Program-made: the position numbers and the translations under genes
The notes under the pieces: generated by a model
Told to the model about the DNA's origin: nothing
What the model saw: only the letters and a program-made list of their open reading frames with translations
Databases searched by the model: none
In this document: one piece after another, positions 1-9,326 of the stretch
How the letters are laid out: each line of letters opens with the position of its first letter
Numbering within the stretch: the first letter of the stretch is position 1
Assembly (NCBI GenBank): GCA_963555825.3
Contig: CAUVXB020000002.1
Span: 128,001-192,000, forward strand
Source: Alphaproteobacteria bacterium
GTDB lineage: Bacteria; Pseudomonadota; Alphaproteobacteria; JAAXGF01
Length of the DNA stretch: 64,000 bases
Direction of reading: 5' to 3'

Positions 1-3000
1 CCGTCGAGCGCGAGCGCGTTCGCCTTCCACGAGATGCCGTCGGTATCGATCTCGCCCGCCTGCACTTCGTAGGAGAACACCAGTTCGGCCGTGTCCGAGC
101 CGCGCGCATACGCCGCCTCGCGCGTCTCCTCGCCCAGCATGAACGCGAACGTCGGCGTGCCGGTCACCGTCACCGGGGCGGTGAACCCGACGGTGAACTC
201 GATCGTCTCGCCCCCGAGATAGGTCGTGTCCATGGCCGGCGTCGAGGTCGGCGTCACCGCCGTCACCGACACGGTCTCGTCGTCGTCGATGGTGATGACG
301 GTCGCGCATCTCCCCGCGCCGCCCAGGTCCCGGAGACCGGCAGGGCACTCGAGCCCGAGCGGGGCCTGGCCGGTCACAGCGCTGACCTGCAGGCGGAACC
401 GCTCCTCGCCCTCGAGCAGGCTGTCGCCCACCGTCTCGACCGTTGCCGGAACCGACGCGGCGAACACGTCGCCGTCGGCCGTCCAGTCGCCCGGCTGCAC
501 CGTCAGCTCGACGTCCACCGCCGTGAAGTCGTCGGCGTCCACCGCGCTATCGTTCGTGGTGAACATCCTGACCTTGTAGTCCGCCCGCGGCTTCGGCATG
601 CCCGCCGCCGTCTTCAGCGTCAGCGCGGCCGTCGCGTCCTTGCCCTCGGCCACCTCGTAGGCGTCCTCGGCCCACTGCGCGACGATCGGCGGGTCCACCA
701 CCACCACCTGCACCGTCGCCGCGTTGGCCGGCGCCGCCGCCGGCACGTAGAGGCGCCCGACGCCCGTGACCGTGGCGGTCAGGCCGCCCGACGCCAGGGT
801 GTAGTCATCGGCAATCGGGAACGTCCCGGTTGCCGAGGTCTGGCCCGCCGGAATCGTGACGGTCTGCTCCGTGCTCGCGAGATACGCCCCCGCCTGCGCG
901 ATGGAGAGCGTGACCGCGAGGTCCGACGCCGGGGCCGGCGACGCCGTCAGCCGGAACACCGCATCGGCCAGCAACGGCGCCGCCTTCGCATGCACCGCCG
1001 CGATCGACACCACCGGCAGCACGATCGTCTCGTTGGTCACCGGATGGTTCGTCAGCGCCCCCGCGGGGTTGCCGAAGAGGTCCCGCAGCGGGTTCGCCGC
1101 CGGCACCGTGTAGGTCAGCGTCACCGTCTGCCCGAGCAACGCCGGCGTCGCCAGGGTCAGCGTCACCGTCGTCCCGTCCACCGCCACCGCGCTCACCGCC
1201 TGCGCCGTGCCGCCGTCCAGCGACACCTTGAATTCGCCCTTCTCCGGCACCGAGCCCTCGTCGAGCGCCTCGTCGTAGGTCAGCGTGAGTTCGCCGGTGA
1301 ACACCGTCGCCCCGTCCGGCGCCGCCACCAGCGCCGGCGCCGTGTTGTCCGCGATCCGCGAGCCGTCCACCTTGTGCCCGGACAGCGTGCCGGGAGCGGG
1401 GTGGCTGCGGTCGATGTCGATCCTTTGCGCGACCGTGCGGATGCGGTCGTTCGAGTCCAGCTCGAAGGTGGTGCTGCCGTCGCCGATCGAGATCCCGTCG
1501 GGGCCCATGTCGCCCGCCTGCACCGTGTAGGTGAACAACAGCCTCGTCGCGGTGCTGTTCACCCTGTCGTAGGCGGCCCGCACCGGGTCCGCGCCGATCG
1601 TGAACCGGAACACGGGATCGCCCACGACCTCCACCGCCGCGCTCGCGGTGACCGTGATCACGATCGTCTCGCCGAAACCGTAGGTGTCCGCCAGCGACGT
1701 CGGCGTCGAGGTCACCGCCACGGTGACCGTGGCGGGCGTGACGGGCGTGGTCCGGCCGTCGACCTTGTGCGCCGCCAGGTTCGACTGGGCGGCGTGGGTC
1801 AGGATCGCAGCCACCGCGTTGCCTGTCCCCGCGATGGTGCCGCCGTTGAGCACAATCGCGTTCGCGGCCCAGGAAATCCCGTTCGTGTCCCGGTCGCCGC
1901 TTGATCCGCCCGTTACGGCGTGGGAGAACCGCAGCGTGGCGGTGCCCGAGCCCGCATACCAGGTCGCCGTCGACGCGCCGCCGAGGTCGAAGGCGAAGGT
2001 CGGATCGCCGGTCACCGTCACCGGCGCGTCGAAGGTCATCGAGAACTCGATGTGCTCGCGCGCGCCGTAGGTGTCCGTCGTCTTGCGCGGCGTCGAGGTC
2101 ACCGTGACGCTGAGCAGCGCGGGCTGGGTGGTGGTGGTGACCGTGCCGGACGAGGGATACGCTGTGCTGGTGCGCGTTTCTTCGCCGCTCAGGTTGTCGG
2201 TGAAGCTCACCTTCACCTTGATCTTCTTGCCCGCGTCGGCGGCGGTCAGGGTGTAGGTGGCGGCGGTCTCGCCCGAAATCTCCGTCTCGTTGGAGATGCC
2301 ATCCGGGTCCACGCGGAACCATTTGTAGGTGAAATCGACGCCGGTCAGCCCGTCGGTGTCCATGATGGGGCTCGCGTCGACGGTCAGCTCCTGCCCGGCC
2401 TTCGCCGTGCCGGAAATCGTCGGCTCGCCCGTCGCGGCGTTGTTCGCCGGCAGGCTCAGGTACAGCGTGCGGGTATCCACCGGGGGCGACCAGTCGAAGG
2501 TTGCGGTCCAGGAGTAATTACCGGCAGTTACGCCGGCATTTCTGAAATCGAAGTTCTCATTGCAGACATGCAGCCGGAGCGCGGCCTTTTCTGCCGCCGT
2601 CAATACGTCGAGTGCGGACAAGTTAAAATCGAGTCTCCCTGTACTCACGAGGATCCCGCCAATTGTGTAGTTATTCGAACCGATGGAAAAGTCCGCACTG
2701 TCCGATAGGCTGCCTTGGGAAATAACCATATCGAATCCGTAACTAATATTTCCAGACATCTCATGCCGCTCCACCCCCACCGTGCCGGTCCAGATTTCGC
2801 GCCGATCGCCGAAGCTGGGCGTCCCGCAGGCGATGTTCCTGATGTCGATGGTCATCGTGTAGGCGGTGGCGCTGTCGTCCGTGCCGTCGTTCACCTTGAA
2901 GGTGAAGCTCGCATAGTCGGTGCCGCTCGCGCCGGACGCGGGCGTGAAGGTGAGGTCGCCAGCGTCGATGTCGGCCTTGGGGATGACATCGCTCGCCATA

Positions 3001-3998
3001 ACCGCCGTGCCGTCGAGCGCCAGAGTGCCCGCCCCCGGCAAGCTCTCGATCTTCACGCTCGCGAGCATGTCGCCGTCCGCGTCGGCGAAGCCGAAGTCGT
3101 CCGCCGTGAAGGCGTACGCCGTGCCCGCGATCGCCCTCACCGTGTTGTTCGAGGCCGTCGGGGCAGTGATGGTGAAGGTGTTTACCGTACCCTCGATCTT
3201 TAGAAGCGCACTTTCAACACGCACAGTCCAGCGCGCGGTCGTGTACAACCGCTTGGCCAGTCGGTCGTTGGCGATGCTCCAACCGGACGCTCCGGTTTCG
3301 TCATCAGCCGCCTTGACATTGAGTCTGAACCTTTTGGACGAGTCTGTCCCGTACCCGGCGACGACAAAATACGTTGTGGTCGGGTCCAGCATGACCCCCC
3401 CCAGGGGTGCGCTGAATATGTTTTCCGAATTCGTTGAGGAATCATCGATAGTCGCCGGATTGGTCAACGTAGCGACCAGCATGCCCGGTTCGTTGCTGCT
3501 GTTGCTTTCGCGGATCTCAACCAGCGGCGAGTCGCTAGCATTCGAGGAGTCCACCGACAGTGTGACCTGCGACAGGGTGTACCCCCCTCTGCTGGATCCA
3601 GTAGTGAAGCCCTGGGCCACCACGTAACTCTTTAAATCTGATGACGGCGATAAATTCGAAACCAGTGTTTCGACCGTCTGCGCCGCGGCCTCCCCCGGCA
3701 CACCGAGCGCCAGGCCGGCGAGGGCGGCCAGCGCGAGGGCAGCCGCCCGCGCGCCGCGCGGCTGGGTCGCGGCGTTCTCACGCGGGCGGCTCCGCCGCCG
3801 GAGGGAGAACCGGCGCGGAAGGGAGGCGCGGCCAGGCGCCGATGCGGCGAGGGAACCAGGGTCCGGGGAGCGCGACGCGCCCCCGTCGGGTGGGGGCGGG
3901 GCAGGACGGTCCCCGCACGGGGCGGCGCCCCGGGGACGCCGGGAAGGCTCGGGCGGCCGGACCGGGCCGGTCGTTCGGGTTCCGCTCAGCAGGGGCAC
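1..3998 (-). CDS. Large surface/adhesin-like repeat protein (signal peptide, choice-of-anchor R-like N-domain, cadherin/Ig-like, SwmB-like and Calx-beta-like modules); partial, runs off the left edge; start uncertain
   Basis: Manual translation, same frame at positions 3, 2460 and 3654 (spot checks): ALALAALAGLALGVPGEAAAQ TVETLVSN..VAQGFTTGS..GYTLSQVTL; NNAATGEPTISGTAKAGQELTV; LVFSYEVQAGEIDTDGISWKANALAL. Missing from the ORF track because no stop lies in the window. An in-frame GTG is at 3998; a GGAGG-ATG at 4209 is out of frame. Confidence 0.8.
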   Translation of the reverse strand, partial: MPLLSGTRTTGPVRPPEPSRRPRGAAPCGDRPAPPPPDGGASRSPDPGSLAASAPGRASLPRRFSLRRRSRPRENAATQPRGARAAALALAALAGLALGVPGEAAAQTVETLVSNLSPSSDLKSYVVAQGFTTGSSRGGYTLSQVTLSVDSSNASDSPLVEIRESNSSNEPGMLVATLTNPATIDDSSTNSENIFSAPLGGVMLDPTTTYFVVAGYGTDSSKRFRLNVKAADDETGASGWSIANDRLAKRLYTTARWTVRVESALLKIEGTVNTFTITAPTASNNTVRAIAGTAYAFTADDFGFADADGDMLASVKIESLPGAGTLALDGTAVMASDVIPKADIDAGDLTFTPASGASGTDYASFTFKVNDGTDDSATAYTMTIDIRNIACGTPSFGDRREIWTGTVGVERHEMSGNISYGFDMVISQGSLSDSADFSIGSNNYTIGGILVSTGRLDFNLSALDVLTAAEKAALRLHVCNENFDFRNAGVTAGNYSWTATFDWSPPVDTRTLYLSLPANNAATGEPTISGTAKAGQELTVDASPIMDTDGLTGVDFTYKWFRVDPDGISNETEISGETAATYTLTAADAGKKIKVKVSFTDNLSGEETRTSTAYPSSGTVTTTTQPALLSVTVTSTPRKTTDTYGAREHIEFSMTFDAPVTVTGDPTFAFDLGGASTATWYAGSGTATLRFSHAVTGGSSGDRDTNGISWAANAIVLNGGTIAGTGNAVAAILTHAAQSNLAAHKVDGRTTPVTPATVTVAVTSTPTSLADTYGFGETIVITVTASAAVEVVGDPVFRFTIGADPVRAAYDRVNSTATRLLFTYTVQAGDMGPDGISIGDGSTTFELDSNDRIRTVAQRIDIDRSHPAPGTLSGHKVDGSRIADNTAPALVAAPDGATVFTGELTLTYDEALDEGSVPEKGEFKVSLDGGTAQAVSAVAVDGTTVTLTLATPALLGQTVTLTYTVPAANPLRDLFGNPAGALTNHPVTNETIVLPVVSIAAVHAKAAPLLADAVFRLTASPAPASDLAVTLSIAQAGAYLASTEQTVTIPAGQTSATGTFPIADDYTLASGGLTATVTGVGRLYVPAAAPANAATVQVVVVDPPIVAQWAEDAYEVAEGKDATAALTLKTAAGMPKPRADYKVRMFTTNDSAVDADDFTAVDVELTVQPGDWTADGDVFAASVPATVETVGDSLLEGEERFRLQVSAVTGQAPLGLECPAGLRDLGGAGRCATVITIDDDETVSVTAVTPTSTPAMDTTYLGGETIEFTVGFTAPVTVTGTPTFAFMLGEETREAAYARGSDTAELVFSYEVQAGEIDTDGISWKANALALD

Positions 3999-4379
3999 GG
4001 AACGCCCCGTCGGACAGGGCCCGGCTCCCGGCTCTCCTGTTTCATGACCGCCGCCCGCTTCGCCGATACCCCCGGCGGCGCCTGCCGGATCGGGAGTCCC
4101 GGCGCAACGCCCCTTCCGGCCTCCGGCGGTCCTGCGGCGCGGCCTCTGCCCGGCCGGTCCGCGCTTCCCTGCTTCCGGCGATGGCGCCGAACACTGACGA
4201 AAGACTCATTTCTGCCTCCGACTCCCCCGACTTCCCGGTGGCCTTTCGCCCCGCGCTCACGATTGCGTCCGCCGAGGTCCTCCGCGCTGCATGCCCGCAT
4301 TCCGTGGCGTCCGCACTCCATTCCCCTTGCAAGTTTAGACAGTTATGTGTGACAGTAGTGCCAATTCTCGGGGTTTTGT

Positions 4380-4423
4380 ACGAATTAGACACGAATTCTT
4401 CGCGATTTCTACGCGATCCATCG
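4380..4423 (+). promoter_or_regulatory. Four imperfect 11-bp tandem direct repeats, candidate OmpR/PhoB-type operator (also at 23680-23723)
   Basis: ACGAATTAGAC|ACGAATTCTTC|GCGATTTCTAC|GCGATCCATCG in an AT-rich divergent intergenic region upstream of a wHTH-containing regulator. Confidence 0.4.
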
Positions 4424-4529
4424 GGAATCGGACAGAACCGAAGGAGCCGGACCCCTTCCGCGGTCCGCCGGCGAATCTGTCCCCGGCCGGGCCGGCAACG
4501 CGGTCCGCGGCGGGTGCAGGGAGGATGGA

Positions 4530-6866
4530 ATGACCGACCGCGAACCGACGGCAGCCGAGAACGAGGCGCTGCGCGCGCGCATCTCGGCGCTCAGCGCGGC
4601 GAGCCTGCGCATCAGCGCAAGCCTCGACCTGGAGACCGTCCTCAACGAGATCGTAGACAGCGCCCGGGCGCTCACTGGCGCCCGCTTCGCCGCCATCGCC
4701 ACCATCGACGAGGCGGGCGCGCCCCAGGACTTCGTCACCTCGGGCTTCACCGCCGACGAGCACCGGCGCCTGGCGGAGTGGTCCGAGGGCCCGCGGCTCT
4801 TCGAGCACTTCCGCGACCTCGAGGGGCCGCTCCGGATCGCCGACGTTTCGGCCTATGTGCAGGCGCTCGGCTTCCCGACCGACCGGCTGCCGTCGAAGAC
4901 CTTCCAGGGCACGCCGATGCGCCATCGCGGCGTCCATGTCGGCAACTTCTATCTCGTCGAGAAGGAGGGCGGCGAGGCGTTCACCGACGAGGACGAGGAG
5001 ATCCTGGTGCTGTTCGCCTCCCAGGCCGCGACCGCGATCGCCAATGCGCGGACCTACCGCGCCGAGCAGCGCGCCCGCGCCGACCTCGAGGCGCTGATCG
5101 AGACCTCGCCGGTCGGCGTCGTGGTGTTCGACGCCGGCACCGGCCGGCCGGTCTCGCTCAACCGCGAGGCCAGGCGGATCGTCGAGAGCCTGCGCATGCC
5201 GGGCCGCACCGCCGAGGACCTGCTCGGGATCCTCACCTGCCGCTTCGCCGACGGGCGCGAGATCGCCCTCGACAAGTTCCCGCTGGCGCAGGCGCTGAGC
5301 AGCGCCGAGACGGTGCGCGCCGAGGAGATCGTGCTCACGACCCCCGACGGGCGCAGCATCACCACGCTCGTCAACGCGACGCCGATCCACGCCGAGGACG
5401 GCGCCGTCGCGTCGGTGGTGGTCACCATGCAGGACCTCGCCCCGCTTCAGGAACTGGAGCGGATGCGGGCGGAGTTCCTCGGCATGGTGAGCCACGAGCT
5501 GCGCGTGCCGCTGACCTCCATCAAGGGCTCGACCGCCGCGGCGCTCGGCGCCGCGCGGCTCGTCGCGCCGGCCGAGACGCGCGAGTACTTCCGCATCATC
5601 GACGACCAGGCCGACCGCATGATCGGGCTGATCGCCGACCTGCTCGATGCCGGGCGCATCGAAACCGGCACGCTCTCGGTCTCGCCCGAGCCCTCGGAGG
5701 TCGGCGCCCTGGTGGACCAGGCCCGCAACGCCTTCCTCTCCGGCGGCGCCCGACACGCCGTCCTGATCGACCTGCCGCCCGGCCTGCCGCCGGTGCTGGC
5801 CGACCGCCAGCGCATCGTGCAGGTGCTGAACAACCTCTTGGCGAACGCCGCGCGCCACTGCCCGGACACCGCTCCCATCCGGATCGCTGCGGAACGCGAC
5901 GGGGTGCATGTCGCGGTCTCGGTTGCAGACGAGGGAAGGGGCATCGCGCCGGAGCGCCTCGGGCAACTCTTCCGCAAATACGTCACCGCCGGGGACCGCG
6001 ACGGCGAGGTCGGCGGCGGGCTGGGACTTGCCATCTGCAAGGGCCTGGTCGAGGCTCACGGCGGGCGCATCCGGGCCGAGAGCGGCGGCCTCGGCCTCGG
6101 CGCCCGCTTCACCTTCACGCTCCCGGTAGCCCAGACGGCCAGCACCGGCGCCCTCCCGCGCCGCCCCGGCAGGCCCGGCGCGGAGACCGAAGCGGCGCCC
6201 ATCCTCGTGGTCGACGACGACCCGGAGACGCTGCGCCATGTCCGCGACACGCTCGCGGACGCGGGTTTCGCCCCCCTGGTCACCGGCGACCACCGGGAGA
6301 TGTCGCGCATCCTCCAGGCCGAGAAGCCCCGGTTGGTGCTGCTCGACCTGATGCTGCCCGGGACCGACGGGGTGCAGCTGATGCAGACCGTTCCGGAGCT
6401 CGCCGACCAGCCGGTCATCTTCATCTCGGGCTACGGGCGCGACGAGACCATCGCGAGTGCGTTCGAGGCCGGCGCCGACGACTACATCGTCAAGCCCTTC
6501 TCGCCGACCGAACTGGTGGCGCGGATCCGTGCGGCGCTGCGGCGCAGGGCCGACCCGGTCCCGATGGTGCTGGGCGATCTCGCCATCGACTACGACCGGC
6601 GCCGGGTCACGGTGGCCGGGCGAGCGGTCGAGCTGACGGCGACCGAGTACGAACTCCTGCGCGTTCTTTCGCAGGGCGCCGGCCGTGTCCTGACCCACGA
6701 TACCCTGCTGCGCCGGGTCTGGAACGGGCGGACCGCCGACCCGAAGATCGTGCGCGCCTACGTGAAGCGGCTGCGCAGCAAGCTCGGCGACGATGCGCAG
6801 CGGCCAGCCTACATTCTGACCGAGCGCCGGGTGGGCTACCGCATGCCCGGGCCCGGCGACCCATAG
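4530..6866 (+). CDS. Soluble hybrid sensor kinase/response regulator: GAF-PAS-HisKA-HATPase-REC-OmpR-type wHTH
   Basis: SHELRVPLTSIKG H-box, NLLANA N-box, DEGRGI and GGGLGLAIC G-boxes, ILVVDDD..LLDLMLPG..DYIVKPFS receiver, LTATEYELL..RRVGYR wHTH; GGAGG RBS; no TM segments. Confidence 0.95.
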   Translation: MTDREPTAAENEALRARISALSAASLRISASLDLETVLNEIVDSARALTGARFAAIATIDEAGAPQDFVTSGFTADEHRRLAEWSEGPRLFEHFRDLEGPLRIADVSAYVQALGFPTDRLPSKTFQGTPMRHRGVHVGNFYLVEKEGGEAFTDEDEEILVLFASQAATAIANARTYRAEQRARADLEALIETSPVGVVVFDAGTGRPVSLNREARRIVESLRMPGRTAEDLLGILTCRFADGREIALDKFPLAQALSSAETVRAEEIVLTTPDGRSITTLVNATPIHAEDGAVASVVVTMQDLAPLQELERMRAEFLGMVSHELRVPLTSIKGSTAAALGAARLVAPAETREYFRIIDDQADRMIGLIADLLDAGRIETGTLSVSPEPSEVGALVDQARNAFLSGGARHAVLIDLPPGLPPVLADRQRIVQVLNNLLANAARHCPDTAPIRIAAERDGVHVAVSVADEGRGIAPERLGQLFRKYVTAGDRDGEVGGGLGLAICKGLVEAHGGRIRAESGGLGLGARFTFTLPVAQTASTGALPRRPGRPGAETEAAPILVVDDDPETLRHVRDTLADAGFAPLVTGDHREMSRILQAEKPRLVLLDLMLPGTDGVQLMQTVPELADQPVIFISGYGRDETIASAFEAGADDYIVKPFSPTELVARIRAALRRRADPVPMVLGDLAIDYDRRRVTVAGRAVELTATEYELLRVLSQGAGRVLTHDTLLRRVWNGRTADPKIVRAYVKRLRSKLGDDAQRPAYILTERRVGYRMPGPGDP

Positions 6867-7249
6867 CCGCCCTCGACGCACCGCACGGCGGAATTCCGGG
6901 TCCGCCGCGCGTTCCGTGCCGGCCGCGCTTGCCCCGTCCGTGGGTCGGTGGCCGAATTCGGCCCCGCGGACTCCCGCCGTCTCGATCGGTCGCCGTGCCG
7001 GCCGGACGGAATTCCCGCGCCGCACGACGCTCGATCGGAGGGCTCGCGCTCCGATCGAGCCCCGAAGCCCGCGCCGACCCCCTTCGGCTTGCAGATCCCG
7101 CCCCGTCTGCGCTCGTTCGCTCAGAACTCCCCGGCCATCTGCGGGACGCACCCGTTGAGCATCTCCAGCATCTCCTCGCCATCGCGGTGCGTGCGCCGCA
7201 CCGACGGAAACCCCTCAATCCGCCGCACCGCTTAGCGAAGGGCCGCCCC

Positions 7250-8150
7250 GGCCGGATACACGGGCCGGTTCGGACCCTGGGTCATCGGCGCCGCCGTGGA
7301 CGAGGAAGCCGATTTCGATGTCGGCGCCACCTTCAGGCGCCCGATCGACGACGCCGACTACCGCCTCAGCGTGCACTTCGGGAAGGGCACCGATGCCGTC
7401 GCGGGCGGCTCGCGCAGCTTCGACAGCACCGCCGTCGGCGCCGTCGGCGAAGCCGTCTACGGCAGCACGACCCTCGCTCTCGGTCTGGGCTACGAAAGCC
7501 TGAGGTCGGCCGGCCCGGATGCGGACCGATGTTACGTGTCGGCGGGAATTCGCGGAAAGACGGGCGTGATCGGCTGGTCGCTGGAAGGCCATTACGGTCG
7601 TATCGAGCACCAAGACGAGGTCGTCGGCTCGGCGACGCTCGGCGAACAGCCGGTCCCGGGACGGACCGGCTGCGCCGGGTCGACGCAGAACGTGGAACTC
7701 AGTCCGTCGGCGGTTTTGCGCCGGCGCCCTGATCCAGCTGCAAAACCGCTGGCGCGTCAGCCTCGCCTATTTCGGCCAGTACGCGACCGACGAGGCGCTC
7801 AACGCGCCACCGGACGACGAATACACCGACAACGTGGGGCTTTCGGCGGGCAGCGTCTGGGGCACGGCGGTCGCAGAAAACGTCTCGGGCATCGTCCGCG
7901 AGGGGACCCGCCGAGGGCGCGGCGCCGGCAACGCCCTGCTCGCCTTCGACGATGCGCTCGGCGGGCTCGCGGAATGGGGCGGCGGCTACAGAGGCCGATT
8001 CGGACACTGGGTCATCGGCGCTGCCGTGGACGAGGACGCCGATTTCGATCTCGGCCCCACCTTCAGGCGCCCGATGGACGTCACGGACTAGCGGCTGAGC
8101 GTGCGCTTCGGGAAGGGCACCCATGCCGCCGCAGGCGGCTCGTGCGATTT
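7250..8150 (+). pseudogene. Two degenerate overlapping fragments of an outer-membrane beta-barrel/porin-like gene
   Basis: GRFGPWVIGAAVDEEADFDVGATFRRPIDDADYRLSVHFGKG (~7260) recurs as GRFGHWVIGAAVDEDADFDLGPTFRRPMDVTD*RLSVRFGKG (~7990) with a stop; alternating beta-strand pattern. Confidence 0.5.
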
Positions 8151-8159
8151 CGACAGCAA

Positions 8160-8275
8160 CGGCGCGGCCGACGCGGAGCTCTCGCTCGCCGAGAACGTGG
8201 TGCGGGTCGTCATGCATCCCGCCGACCAGGTGCAGGCCTTCGCGGCGCTCGCCGACGCCGGCGCCGCCCGCTTCG
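8160..8275 (+). pseudogene. ParB-family fragment
   Basis: AELSLAENVVRVVMHPADQVQAFAALADAG resembles the plasmid ParB SLAEN..R..MHP.DQ..AF motif. Confidence 0.6.
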
Positions 8276-8419
8276 GGGTGTCCGAGCGCACCAGGATTGG
8301 GGACTCGACCACCCAGCCGACGCGCCCGCCGAAATAGCGCGTATCGACGATCACCGGCGCGCCCTGGACCGGCCGAGTGCTCGAACAGGCCTGCCCGAGA
8401 GGGCGAGGCCGACGGGGCG

Positions 8420-8704
8420 CCGGTGACCTCGGTGCCGCCCGCCGCGTAGAGCAGGCCGGCGACGGCGTGGCCGTCCGCGGTGACATAGAGGCTGTAGCCC
8501 GCGCCTCCGCCGGCGTGACGAAGTACCCTCGAGCACACCCCGTGCGCCGAGAAGGAGGATGTCCGCGCCTCTGGCGCGCAGCGCCGAGACCAGACCGGGC
8601 TCCTCCCCGCCGCCCGCGGCGCATATGGGGACGGCGAGACTGACCACGGTGACGCTAACGGCGAGCAGGCTCGCCGCAGCCGGGCGATGACAGGACCGTT
8701 TCAT
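8420..8704 (-). pseudogene. N-terminal fragment of a DsbG/DsbC-like periplasmic protein, frameshifted
   Basis: Signal-like MKRSCHRPAAASLLAVSV, then GVLEGYFVTP and YSLYVTADGHAVAGLLY; no CxxC domain remains. Confidence 0.45.
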
Positions 8705-8985
8705 CGAGCCTTCTCCTCCCCGGTGCGGTCGCTCAGCCGGTGCGTCACGACCAGCGCAGCCTCTCCCTCCGCCCGGGCGGCGACGGGCGGGTGCGGCAAA
8801 TGGGCCAGCCCACGGAACAGCGCCTGCACCGCGTCCATGAACCCGCCTTCGAAGGCCGCCGCCGCTTCCAGCCGGTAGCGCCGGTCGGTCAGGAACAGGA
8901 CGTCGACACCTGCCCTCCCGCCCCAGCGAGCCAGCGCGGCCCGCAGCATCTCGCCTTCCCGGACCCGCCATGGCTCTCGGCCGGG
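8701..8985 (-). pseudogene. TcpQ-like domain (type IVb pilus assembly), probably 5'-truncated
   Basis: WRVREGEMLRAALARWGGRAG..YRLEAAAAFEGGFMDAVQALF. Confidence 0.6.
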
Positions 8986-9326
8986 ACTCCCCGGTGCCGA
9001 CATCGAGCGCCGGCGGCACGCAGCCGTACAGCACCTTCCAGGCGATCGCTTCGCCGACACGGACATGCCACAGCTTGCCGCGCCGGCAGCGCTCGGGGCG
9101 TCGCGAGTCCGCTCACACGACGAACATCGCGAATACCGTCACTGAGACGGGTCGCCAAGTGCTCGGAGATTGTCCGAATCGATACCGATGAAGGCCTCAC
9201 CTTTTGGCGGGCAAACCCCGTCCGCCAGGTTGATGTTCGGCTCCGGGACCGCACAACGAGGATTGAGCACCTCGCTTCACCGGCATGAAACCAATGCAAA
9301 TTAGGGTTTACGAACGTCGAACGAAC

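Larger units (their letters stand above)
4302..6869 (+). repeat. 2.57-kb direct repeat, copy 1 (upstream region plus hybrid kinase gene)
   Basis: Matches 23602-26169 at an offset of exactly 19300; differences seen only at 5337-5369 and 6331. Confidence 0.95.

Noticed and set aside
5337-5369. Diversity-generating retroelement VR/TR pair
   Set aside because: Substitutions are not adenine-specific and there is no reverse transcriptase in the window.
3641-7732. 1363-aa ORF and similar long Arg/Pro-rich ORFs (805-2322, 23532-26348, 4335-7151, 16893-19385, the 5' part of 15853-19713)
   Set aside because: Off-frame or antisense shadows of real high-GC genes.
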